A DNA stretch of 64,000 bases from Planctomycetota bacterium. Its GTDB lineage: Bacteria > Planctomycetota > JAJSAM01 > JAJVHW01. The notes under the pieces are model-generated. The model worked only from the letters and a program-made list of their open reading frames with translations, made no database searches and was not told the origin of the DNA. The stretch covers positions 107,861 to 171,860 of the forward strand of contig JAJRPF010000070.1 in assembly GCA_024280885.1 (NCBI GenBank). Reading direction: 5' to 3'. Shown one piece after another: positions 8,994 to 17,544 of the stretch. Position numbers and translations under genes: made by a program. Position 1 is the stretch's first letter. Each line of letters starts with the position of its first letter.

Positions 8994-10118
8994 TCACGTG
9001 CCCTTGAAACTCAGCACGGGGCGCAGCCGGCGATCGATGCGCGTGAGCTCGCGCTGCGCGCGCATGACGGCGGCGATGTCGCGGTATGCTCCTGGCGCCT
9101 CGTCGAGCAGATGTCGCTCGCGGCGATGGTCGTACCACACGCCCTGCATCTGACGCCGAAACGTGCGCATCGGGATGCGTCGGCGCGCCTCGGTGCGGCT
9201 CATTGCACGACCTGCGCCGTGGGACGACGAGTTCAGGGCTGCGGCACATCCGCGTCCGGACGTGTGGTAGCTGGCGACGCCCATGGAGCCGGGGATGATC
9301 CCGGCCTCGTCCTGGCGCGCGGAGATCGCGCCCTTGCGATGGACAAGGAGTGGTTCCCCGGCGTGCGTCTCACGCCGAACGTGATTGTGATGGCAGGCGA
9401 AGAACGTCTCCGCATCGGCGGATGCGTCGAGCACATCTGCAATGACCGTCACCGCGCGACGCACGAGCTCCGCTCGATTGGCCTGCGCATACGCGAGAGC
9501 CCACTCGTGATCGCAGATATAGGCCCGTCCTTCGTCGCTGTCGACATCGAGGAAGAGCAGTCCGGATGCCCTGTCGGTCGTTGCCGCGTGCAGATGATGA
9601 TCGCGGATCGCGACGCCCATGCTGCGCGAACCGGAATGGACCATTAGCCACAGCCGCTCCTCGTCGTCCCTCTGGAACTCGAGGAAGTGATTCCCGCGAC
9701 CGAGAGTGCCGAGCTGAAACCGGCCCTCGCGCGCCCGTCGGCGTTCGAGCGTCGGAGCGCTGAGCTGCGCATCTGCGAGCGCGGCAGCGAGCGGTCTTGC
9801 AGCACGGTGCTTGAGGCATGGGATGGTCGAGTAGAGTGCAGATAGGACGCGCGCCGCAGCGATCTCACCGTCGAGGATCGAGGCGTCGGCATTGAATGCG
9901 ATCGCTGCCATGCCGCAGCCGATGTCCCCGCCGACGGCGGCGGGGTAGATCCGATCGCGCGTGGCCAGAACCGTTCCCACGCACACGTCGTGGGCGAGGT
10001 GGGCGTCGGGCATGACGGCGATGTGTGCGGCGCCGCCGGCCGATGCGAGCCGTTGGAGTGACGCATCGACATCGACACCGAGCGGTGTCGACGTCCATCT
10101 GTGGAGTGTCGCCGTCAT
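8994..10118 (-). CDS. rtcB: RtcB-family RNA ligase, short (~374 aa) variant
   Basis: Metal-site and catalytic motifs HIAVMPDAHLA, GGDIGCGM, GRGNHF, ACHHNH, SSSHGAGR. Its length matches the short PrfH-coupled RtcB subgroup. Confidence 0.85.
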   Translation of the reverse strand: MTATLHRWTSTPLGVDVDASLQRLASAGGAAHIAVMPDAHLAHDVCVGTVLATRDRIYPAAVGGDIGCGMAAIAFNADASILDGEIAAARVLSALYSTIPCLKHRAARPLAAALADAQLSAPTLERRRAREGRFQLGTLGRGNHFLEFQRDDEERLWLMVHSGSRSMGVAIRDHHLHAATTDRASGLLFLDVDSDEGRAYICDHEWALAYAQANRAELVRRAVTVIADVLDASADAETFFACHHNHVRRETHAGEPLLVHRKGAISARQDEAGIIPGSMGVASYHTSGRGCAAALNSSSHGAGRAMSRTEARRRIPMRTFRRQMQGVWYDHRRERHLLDEAPGAYRDIAAVMRAQRELTRIDRRLRPVLSFKGT

Positions 10119-10552
10119 GACGACGGCTCCGCGCGCGGAAGGACATCGAAGATGAGTTCCGGCGCCTTGCGGCGACGGATGGCCTGCGCGACGGCGGAAC
10201 GCAACACTCCGTGCGCCCGTTCGAGGCGCGCGCGCACGTCGTCGATCGAGTCGGCGTCAGATGGTGCGTGCACGATCACGCGTAGTCGTCGCGCGTCGGG
10301 AGCGGGCTCCACGGACACGACGTCGAGTTGTTGAAGCAGGGGATCACGGCACACACCGCCGAGAGCGAATTGGAGTGCCCGAGCGGCCTGTGCGGCGAGT
10401 TGGTGGTTCTTGCGGTCGTTGCGAGACCGCGGTTGTTCGTTGCGGAAGAGAATGCGTGGATCGATTCCGTCGTCGGGACCGAGTTCGTCACAGGGCGGCT
10501 GGTTGTTTCGGCACCGCCGATTCCAATCGAAAGACATGGAGACTCCCACCAT
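10115..10552 (-). CDS. rbfA: RbfA-like (ribosome-binding factor A family) protein, overlapping rtcB start by 4 nt
   Basis: C-terminal ~105 aa align to RbfA: ...RDPLLQQLDVVSVEPAPDARRLRVIV...RARLERAHGVLRSAVAQAIRRRKAPELIFDVLP versus E. coli ...[27 protein letters not shown]...[30 protein letters not shown]. There is no GGQ motif, so it is not PrfH. Start codon uncertain: the nearest in-frame ATGs are at 10552 and 10537, giving an N-terminal extension. Confidence 0.55.
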   Translation of the reverse strand: MVGVSMSFDWNRRCRNNQPPCDELGPDDGIDPRILFRNEQPRSRNDRKNHQLAAQAARALQFALGGVCRDPLLQQLDVVSVEPAPDARRLRVIVHAPSDADSIDDVRARLERAHGVLRSAVAQAIRRRKAPELIFDVLPRAEPSS

Positions 10553-10934
10553 CGGGGCCCCGCGTGCGAATCCGCGGACAGACCCCGGGTCTGAAGAAGA
10601 GGGGGAGAGCCGCAGCGGTGCGGTCGAGTGCCCGTGAACTTTTGCCCCGTGAACTTGCACGGGACGCCTGTCAGCGATCGAAGCGCTGAACTAGGGGCCC
10701 GGCCAGAAACCCCCGCGGCGCCGGTGAAGGCGTGATTGCTGGCCGACGTGCGGAGCATCCACCGCGCCCGGGCGGGCCGTCTGCCGCGGCTGCCAGGCTC
10801 GGAGACTCTCCGGAGTCGAGTCGCCTGGCACCCACGACAGCCGTCCCACCCGGACACGTCCGGCTATCCACGGGGGTTTCTAGCCGCACCCCTAGCGGTG
10901 GTTCGGGCCGCGGCTCGAGATCAGACGGTGGGTG

Positions 10935-11300
10935 TCAGAGAGTTGCACGACTGATCTCCTTCTCCGCCATGTGGCGGGCTCGCGGGATGTGGAACGGCAG
11001 TAGCGTAGTCGCGGCCCCGCGCGCGTCAACCCCCGACCGGAGAATCTTCTCGGCCGCACGTGATCGCTCGGGGTCGAGCTCATGGTGTGGCGAGCGCGGC
11101 GCTTCGATCTCCACGCGGACGTTCTCGTGCACGCATGCAGGATGGACGGGCGTGTGGCACGCGATCGTGTACTCGCCCGCCCCGGAGTCGCGATCCGCAG
11201 CTGGCTGTTCTGACCGCCCGGCAGCTCCAACGAGAACTCCCCCTCGGGACCGGTCGTGGCGGAGACCGTGAGTCTGTGTGGCGGTGCTCGTCGCGGACTG
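10935..11300 (-). pseudogene. Carboxypeptidase-regulatory-like domain fragment, apparently frameshifted
   Basis: Two adjacent minus-strand frames each hold half of the domain pattern: ...VSATTGPEGEFSLELPGGQ... then ...SGAGEYTIACHTPVHPACVHENVRVEIEAP.... No usable start codon after the FAD-oxidase stop. Confidence 0.25.
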
Positions 11301-11304
11301 ACCG

Positions 11305-12819
11305 CTACCGGATCTCCGGACCGTAGGTCTCGTAGAAGCGGTTGCGGAAGATGCCGTTGGGGTCGTACTTGCGCTTGAGTTCGAAGAACCGCGTCGACAT
11401 GGGATAGGCGCGCTCGAACTGCTCCCGCGAGGCGTGCAGACGGTACGGGAGGTAGTACCGACCGCCGTGCGCAAGGGACGCGTCGATGAGTTCGCGGGTC
11501 ATGGCGGACATGGCGGTGTCTGCCGCCGCCGACCTCGCCTGGTTGAAGAGCATCACGAACGCGAACATGGGCCCGTCCGCGTAGCGCAGGACGGTGTCCG
11601 TGTCCTCCGTCACGTAGCGAACCGTCACGTTCAGGAGATCGGCGCCGTGGGCCGGGACGATCCGCTGAACCGCCTTCACGAATGCCGCGGTGCCCGCGCG
11701 CGGCACGAAGTACTCGTGGAGGATGTCCGTGGAGTCGGCGCTGCGGTTTTCGAAGACCTCGACGCTTTCGTTGAGCAGTTGGTTGCGCGTGAAGTGCGAG
11801 TCCTTGAGGTGCGGCTGAAGTTGCGCCTCCGCCATCCAGCGCAATTCCTTGCCGTAGTCGCTGCCCACGGAGCCGCGAAAGACAGTGCGGCGCAGCGCGA
11901 TCATCTCCGGTTCCAACAGGGCGGCGAGCGAGCCGTCGGGGGCGGGGTCCGGAGTGAACACGGTCAGGATGACCTCGTTCAGGAAGTCGTCGGGCACGAT
12001 GCCGAGACGCGCGTAGACCATGGCGACGCCGTCGTGCGAGGCCACTTCCCGCTCGTACGTCTCGAAGCCCTGCGTTGCGGGGACGACGAACTGTTCGAGC
12101 CGGTAGCGCTCGTTCGGCACGACGCGGAGTTCGACGTCGAGGATGATCCCGAAGAGCCCGTAGCCGCCCAGGACGACGGAGAAGAGCTCCGCGTTCTCCG
12201 TGCGGCTGCAACGCTTGATGGAGCCGTCAGCCAACATCAGTCGCAGACTCTCGACGGTGGACGCGATGGGCGGGGCCCCGTACTGCCACCCATGGCAGTT
12301 CACGCTCACGGAGCCACCCACGGAGAACGAGTTGTTGGATTGCATCACCCCGACGGAGCGGCCGCTGGCGTCGAGGTACGCGATCACGTCCTTCCAGACG
12401 GCGCCAGCGCCGACGGTGAGGAACTCGCGTTCCTCGTCGAGCCCCATCGTCCGAAACGGCAGCATGTCCACGGCGATGCCGCCGGGATAGAGCGTGTGAC
12501 CGCCCATGGAGTGGCGGGTGCCGGCTACCGATACCTTGAGCCCCTCGCGCGTGGCGCGGCCGAGCAGATCTGCGAGCAGGCGTTCGGCCTCCTCCGCATC
12601 TGCGGGGACGGCGAAGACCTCGTTCATCGGGGTCGCGTTCATGCGACTCGCGTCGTCGAGATAGCCCGCGGGCAGCGGGGCCCGCGTGTCGTCGTCCCTG
12701 TAGACGGTGGTTCCGAGATGCAGGAGGGGGCGAGCGATGACCGCAACGACGGTGAGAACTCCCGCCAGGACCAGACAGAGTCTCCACTTGCGCCTGAGGA
12801 ATCCGGGAGAGCGTGTCAT
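11305..12819 (-). CDS. FAD-binding oxidoreductase (PCMH/vanillyl-alcohol-oxidase type), N-terminal membrane anchor
   Basis: N-terminal TM helix (LCLVLAGVLTVVAVIA), FAD motif VAGTRHSMGGH and ...GGYGLFGIILDVELRVVP.... Confidence 0.8.
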   Translation of the reverse strand: MTRSPGFLRRKWRLCLVLAGVLTVVAVIARPLLHLGTTVYRDDDTRAPLPAGYLDDASRMNATPMNEVFAVPADAEEAERLLADLLGRATREGLKVSVAGTRHSMGGHTLYPGGIAVDMLPFRTMGLDEEREFLTVGAGAVWKDVIAYLDASGRSVGVMQSNNSFSVGGSVSVNCHGWQYGAPPIASTVESLRLMLADGSIKRCSRTENAELFSVVLGGYGLFGIILDVELRVVPNERYRLEQFVVPATQGFETYEREVASHDGVAMVYARLGIVPDDFLNEVILTVFTPDPAPDGSLAALLEPEMIALRRTVFRGSVGSDYGKELRWMAEAQLQPHLKDSHFTRNQLLNESVEVFENRSADSTDILHEYFVPRAGTAAFVKAVQRIVPAHGADLLNVTVRYVTEDTDTVLRYADGPMFAFVMLFNQARSAAADTAMSAMTRELIDASLAHGGRYYLPYRLHASREQFERAYPMSTRFFELKRKYDPNGIFRNRFYETYGPEIR

Positions 12820-12912
12820 CCCGTCACTCTACCGGACGCACCCGGCGCGCGGTCACGACGGGGTTCGTGCTTGCCTCACCAGACCCGCGTTGTCGCGCTA
12901 CGCGTTGTTGCG

Positions 12913-15102
12913 CTATCTGGGCGTGACGACGGGGTTCACCGGCAGCGCGCCGCCGCGCTTTCCCGCCCACTCGCGCATGGCATCGGCGAGTCCCTGCACA
13001 CGTGCGAGGGCGGCCAGGCGAGCCTTCACGTCTGCGTCGGCCGATGTGTCCGCGGCCCACGCACTGTCGGCCCACTTCTCGATGCCCGCGTCCGAGAGGC
13101 GGAAGACCGCGCCGTCGGTGCTCGCGACGATCGTCTGTCCGACCGGCGAGATCTCCGTCGTGCGATCTCCGAGTGGGAAGCGATCGGCCGGGAGACCGTC
13201 GCGCGCGAGAACATCCTCGGCCCACGTCGCGTAGATGTCGGGGCGCGGCGCGGCGGTGTCAAATGCGTCGGCGTCGATCGAGTAGGGGAACATGCGGCGG
13301 CCGCCTTGCAGGTAGCGGTCGGCGTACCACCGCACGCGTCCGTAGCTCGCCGTGTAGGCTGACCACTCGCTCGCTCGGGCGAGTCCGTCGTCGCCGTAGA
13401 GCACGCTGCGTGGACGGAACACCCCGGCCAGCGGGTCGTACCAACGGTTCTCGCCGTACGTGCGCGGCGCCGGATACCAGTTGCCGTTGCGCAACATCCC
13501 CCGACGGTCCCAGCCATTGCCGTGGACTGGAACGCCCTTGTGCAGATAGACGCCGCGGTAGGGGCCGAAGGCGGCGAAGCGGAAGCCCTTCTCGCCTGCG
13601 CCGAGAGGCTTGCACCACGTCACATGATACGAGCCCGTGGACTCGGGCACGCTCGCCAGTTCCTCCGGCAGCTCCTCGACGGCTGTCCAGCGCCCCTTTC
13701 CGGAGGTGGAACGGAACCACGCGCCGCGCACGCAGACCAGGTACTCGCCACCGAATTGGAATTCCGCGTCCTCGGTACTCGTGACCTTGCGGTACTCCAC
13801 CTTCTCGATCGGCGACGTGACGATCTCGCCCTTCTCGTACTTCACGCTCGCGAGAATGCGGCGATGGAGCAGTACGCGCTCGGGCAAGAGCGCGCGAGCC
13901 GCCGCCTCGGCGGCCTGCGGGGTGCCGGGCACGGAGTAGAGTACGTGGGCGCGCGAGTGCGTGACCGGGATGCTTGCGAACTCGTCCGGGAGCGAGCCGT
14001 AATGCTGCGCCCACGGGCCGTCGATCTCGTCAGCCGCGAACCAGCGCCCCGAGATCAGCAGGAAGTACTTCCCCGTCCGCGGGTGGAAGAGGAGATCGCT
14101 CGCCGTGTTGGCGACGATCATCAGCTTGACTCCCGGGACCAGCGTGAAGAGCGGATCGCCGAGCAGACTCACGAGCTCCGCCGGTTCCTCCGTGACGATG
14201 ACCTCCGGCAGCGTCTCCGGGCGTTCCGGAGGTGTCTTGCCGACGCGCTTGTTGTAGCGGCGTGTACCCGGAACGAAACGGCGCACGTGGCCCCGTGGGT
14301 GATCGACGGGGAGTTGGGTCAGGACGATCGGGAGTTTGCCGTCGAACCAGGTCCACGGTCCTTCGAGCTTGGGCGCTGCGGCCCAGAAGCCGTCAACGAG
14401 CATCAGCCAACGATCGTCCCGCAGCTCGTGGAAGATGTCGGCGGCGGAGTTCAGGACGTATTCGAGTGGGAAGCTCTCGACCTGTCCCAGGACCGGTTCA
14501 CCGTCGATCTGGACGAGCATCGCCGGCGTGCGGCGGACGTGGATCTTTGGCGGGCGCGAGCTGACCTTGCCGGTGAGCGCATCGCCCTCCGGCGCGGCGC
14601 CTGGACGATCCGTGATCAGCTCGAGACGGATCAGGGTCTCTGCGGGCAGGTGATCCGGCAAGCCCTCGGCGGCCGCCTTCGCCAGGACTTCGTCGAGCCC
14701 GGGGAAGGCCGTCTTGACGACGGACAGGCCATCGATTGCTGCCAGCCGCGCGTTCAGATCGAGGTGCGCGACGCCCGCCAGTTCCACGGCGCCCCACGTC
14801 AGACGCCCGACGGCGTCGGTGATCTCGACCGGGACACGCAGTGTGATGGTGCCGTCCGCTGCCGTGTATCCGAGCACCGCAGGCTCGTGGAAGGCGAAGC
14901 GGACGCCGCCCGCCTCGACCTTGCGCGGGAACTCCCATGCCGACTGGGCTGCGACTTCTGCGGCCCCGCTGCCCGACGCTGCGGTGCCCGATGCTGCGTT
15001 GTCCGGCTTGGCCGGGTCCTCGCCGCGGGCGGTCGATGCCGGCGTGGCGGCCAACAGGAACGTGGCTGAGAGGACCAGGGCGAGCGACGAGCGTGACAAC
15101 AT
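12913..15102 (-). CDS. Secreted hypothetical protein with three Trp-rich internal repeats
   Basis: Start ATG at 15100-15102 preceded by GGAAGGAG. Signal peptide MLSRSSLALVLSATFLLAATPASTA. Repeated motif x(Y/W)xLxxxGxWFxxxxxxGPWxxxxxLPxE x3. The track ORF extending to 15825 is an upstream shadow. Confidence 0.7.
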   Translation of the reverse strand: MLSRSSLALVLSATFLLAATPASTARGEDPAKPDNAASGTAASGSGAAEVAAQSAWEFPRKVEAGGVRFAFHEPAVLGYTAADGTITLRVPVEITDAVGRLTWGAVELAGVAHLDLNARLAAIDGLSVVKTAFPGLDEVLAKAAAEGLPDHLPAETLIRLELITDRPGAAPEGDALTGKVSSRPPKIHVRRTPAMLVQIDGEPVLGQVESFPLEYVLNSAADIFHELRDDRWLMLVDGFWAAAPKLEGPWTWFDGKLPIVLTQLPVDHPRGHVRRFVPGTRRYNKRVGKTPPERPETLPEVIVTEEPAELVSLLGDPLFTLVPGVKLMIVANTASDLLFHPRTGKYFLLISGRWFAADEIDGPWAQHYGSLPDEFASIPVTHSRAHVLYSVPGTPQAAEAAARALLPERVLLHRRILASVKYEKGEIVTSPIEKVEYRKVTSTEDAEFQFGGEYLVCVRGAWFRSTSGKGRWTAVEELPEELASVPESTGSYHVTWCKPLGAGEKGFRFAAFGPYRGVYLHKGVPVHGNGWDRRGMLRNGNWYPAPRTYGENRWYDPLAGVFRPRSVLYGDDGLARASEWSAYTASYGRVRWYADRYLQGGRRMFPYSIDADAFDTAAPRPDIYATWAEDVLARDGLPADRFPLGDRTTEISPVGQTIVASTDGAVFRLSDAGIEKWADSAWAADTSADADVKARLAALARVQGLADAMREWAGKRGGALPVNPVVTPR

Positions 15103-15285
15103 GCGGGACTCCTTCCCCTCACGGGGACGCTCAAAGTAACCAACTGGGGTTCGGAAACGTGTGGGTTCCCGCCCGGTCTCTTCCGCCGCCGCGCTCGGAT
15201 CTGCGTTCGGGAGGCCGCCGACGCACCGCTGCGCGAACCGACGAAACGCACGCGCGGCGCGCAGCCGGGCGTATCCTCGTGCGCG

Positions 15286-16119
15286 ATGCCACGCACTCGC
15301 TTCGTCGCGCTCTACACGGACTTCGGCACCACCGACATCTACGCCGGAGTCGTGCATGGCATCATTCGTACGCTCGCACCGGAGGCTGGCGTGATCGACC
15401 TGACGCACGGGATCGCGGCGGGGGATCGCCATGGCGGTGCGTTCATGCTCCTCTCTGCGGTGCCTTTTCTCCCGCGTGGCACGGTGCATCTCTGTGTCGT
15501 GGACCCCGGCGTGGGCACCGAGCGGCGGATCGTTGCCGTGCGGGCGGGCGGCCACACGTTCGTCGGCCCGGACAACGGCGTCTTCGCCCCCGTGGTCGAG
15601 GCTCTGGGCGGCGTCACGGATCTGCGCTACGTCACGAATGAGCGGCTGATGCGAAGGCGGCGCAGCGCGACGTTCGAGGCGCGTGACATCATGGCCCCCG
15701 TCGTGGCGCATCTCGTGCGCGGGATCGACTTCGCCGCGGTGGGGGAGGTTGCCGACGAACTGGTGCCGCTGCCGGGCTTCGCTCCCGAGGTGGCCGCCAC
15801 GCAGGCGCGTGGGCGTGTGTTGCACGTGGATCGCTATGGGAACGTCGTCACGAACCTACTCCCCGGCGAGTTGCACGGCCCGCGCGGCAGCTGGCAACTC
15901 GAGGTGGGCGGGTGCGTCGTGGATCGCTGGGGTACGACGTTCGGGGATGTCGCTCCCGGCGAGCTGGTGGTCTATCCCGGCAGCGTCGGATTCCTGGAGG
16001 TCGCGCAGCGCGACGGCGACGCAGCCGGGCGGCTTGGCGTCTCGATCGGGGACGCGGTGCTGGCGCGGCCAGGCGGCGGCGCGAACAGTGTGGGCGCAGC
16101 GCCGGGAGAGAGCGCGTGA
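15286..16119 (+). CDS. SAM hydroxide adenosyltransferase family protein (DUF62; fluorinase/chlorinase-like SAM hydrolase)
   Basis: ALYTDFGTTDIYAGVVHGII...DLTHGI...GAFML...GTVHLCVVDPGVGTERR...GGHTFVGPDNGV matches the DUF62 signature. Confidence 0.8.
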   Translation: MPRTRFVALYTDFGTTDIYAGVVHGIIRTLAPEAGVIDLTHGIAAGDRHGGAFMLLSAVPFLPRGTVHLCVVDPGVGTERRIVAVRAGGHTFVGPDNGVFAPVVEALGGVTDLRYVTNERLMRRRRSATFEARDIMAPVVAHLVRGIDFAAVGEVADELVPLPGFAPEVAATQARGRVLHVDRYGNVVTNLLPGELHGPRGSWQLEVGGCVVDRWGTTFGDVAPGELVVYPGSVGFLEVAQRDGDAAGRLGVSIGDAVLARPGGGANSVGAAPGESA

Positions 16120-17402
16120 GGACGCTCTATCTCGACTGCTTCTCGGGCATCGCGGGCGACATGTTCGTCGGGGCGCTCATCGATCTCGGTGCGCCCTTCG
16201 AAACGATCCGGGCCGGATTGGAACGCCTGGGGCCGATGGGGCCGGGCGGCTTCGAAGTCGGCGTCCGCGAAGTGGAGCGCGGAGCCATTCGCGCCACGAA
16301 GTTCGATGTGCGCGTCGCCGGACACGTGGCCGACTCGCCCGAGCACGTGGACCATCAGCATGGGCATCATCACGCGGATCACGCTGATCCGCTGCGCGCC
16401 GCACACGGACCGCAGGCCGGAGCCGCCGATCTCCCCGCGCGTGGATTGCGCGAGGTGCGTGCCCTGATCGAGCCGGCGGATCTGCCCGATACGGTGAAGA
16501 CGCGCGCTCTCGCGGCATTCTCGCTGCTGGCCGAGGCCGAGGGGCGTATCCACGGTCGTCCGGCAGACCAGGTGCACTTTCACGAAGTCGGCGCCGTGGA
16601 TGCGATCTGCGACATCGTCGGCGTCGCGCTCGCCCTCGACGCTCTCGATGTGCAGGACGTGCGCGTCGGTCCACTCCGCGTCGGATCCGGGTTTGTCCAA
16701 TGCGCGCACGGCAAGCTGCCGGTGCCCGCTCCCGCGACGCTGGAATGCCTGACCGGCTTCGACGTGCGGATGGATGCCGGCAGGGGCGAGCTCATCACGC
16801 CGACCGGCGCGTGTCTTCTCGCCGCGCTCGCCACGCCGATCATTTCCGCGACGGGCGGCGCGCTCGGCGAGTTCCGCGTCGAGCGCGTCGGCTACGGGGC
16901 GGGAACGCGCAACCCGGAGGGCGTCCCGAACGTCCTGCGGGCTGTCCTTGGAGAGACGCCGGAGTCGGACGCCGAGCCGTTGATGGAACTGCGTACGAAC
17001 GTCGATCATCTGCCCCCGAACGTGTTGGCCGCGGGGCTCGAAAGCGTGCGCGCTGCCGGGGCGCTCGAGGTCTTCACGACGCCGTGCACGATGAAGAAGG
17101 GGCGCAGCGGACACCTCATCACGGTGCTCGTACCGGCGTCGCGCCGCGCCGACGCCGAGACGGCACTCTTCCGCGAGACGGGAACGCTCGGCATCCGTGC
17201 GTTCCCCGTCACACGGAGCGTGCTCTCCCGCGCGTTCGAGACGGTGGCGACGCCGTGGGGTGCGGTACACGTCAAGCTGGGTCGCCATCGCGGTCGCGTC
17301 ACCAGCCGCGAGCCGGAACTGGAAGACTGCCGACGTCTCGCGGGCGAGCACGGCGTCGCGGTCGCGGACGTGGTGGCCGCAGCCCGGCGCGCTGATGGGT
17401 AG
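16116..17402 (+). CDS. larC: LarC-family nickel insertase (DUF111, nickel-pincer cofactor biosynthesis type)
   Basis: GTG start at 16116 overlaps the upstream stop (GTGA). N-terminus MRTLYLDCFSGIAGDMFVGALIDLG is the LarC hallmark. The His-rich stretch HVDHQHGHHHADH fits a Ni site. Confidence 0.8.
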   Translation: MRTLYLDCFSGIAGDMFVGALIDLGAPFETIRAGLERLGPMGPGGFEVGVREVERGAIRATKFDVRVAGHVADSPEHVDHQHGHHHADHADPLRAAHGPQAGAADLPARGLREVRALIEPADLPDTVKTRALAAFSLLAEAEGRIHGRPADQVHFHEVGAVDAICDIVGVALALDALDVQDVRVGPLRVGSGFVQCAHGKLPVPAPATLECLTGFDVRMDAGRGELITPTGACLLAALATPIISATGGALGEFRVERVGYGAGTRNPEGVPNVLRAVLGETPESDAEPLMELRTNVDHLPPNVLAAGLESVRAAGALEVFTTPCTMKKGRSGHLITVLVPASRRADAETALFRETGTLGIRAFPVTRSVLSRAFETVATPWGAVHVKLGRHRGRVTSREPELEDCRRLAGEHGVAVADVVAAARRADG

Positions 17403-17425
17403 GGGCGACACGGAGCCAGCGATAC

Positions 17426-17514
17426 GGAGCCAGGACAGTTCCGGCAGAGTTCGGGGCACGGGTAACGCAAGCACGACGGCGCTCTCCGAACTCTGCCGGA
17501 ATTGTCCTGGCTCC
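17426..17514. repeat. Palindromic structured repeat, copy 2
   Basis: GGAGCCAGGACAGTTCCGGCAGAGTTCGG ... CCGAACTCTGCCGGAATTGTCCTGGCTCC. Arms differ from copy 1 at paired positions (ACTT/GAAGT versus GTTC/GGAAT) while preserving base pairing. Confidence 0.7.
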
Positions 17515-17544
17515 GTATCGAGCCGTCCCGGGTAGCTTCGCCCC

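Noticed and set aside
10115-10660. Possibility that the gene upstream of rtcB is peptide-chain release factor H (PrfH)
   Set aside because: No GGQ motif is present. The C-terminal 100 aa instead align to RbfA (DPRL-like, PEL.F).
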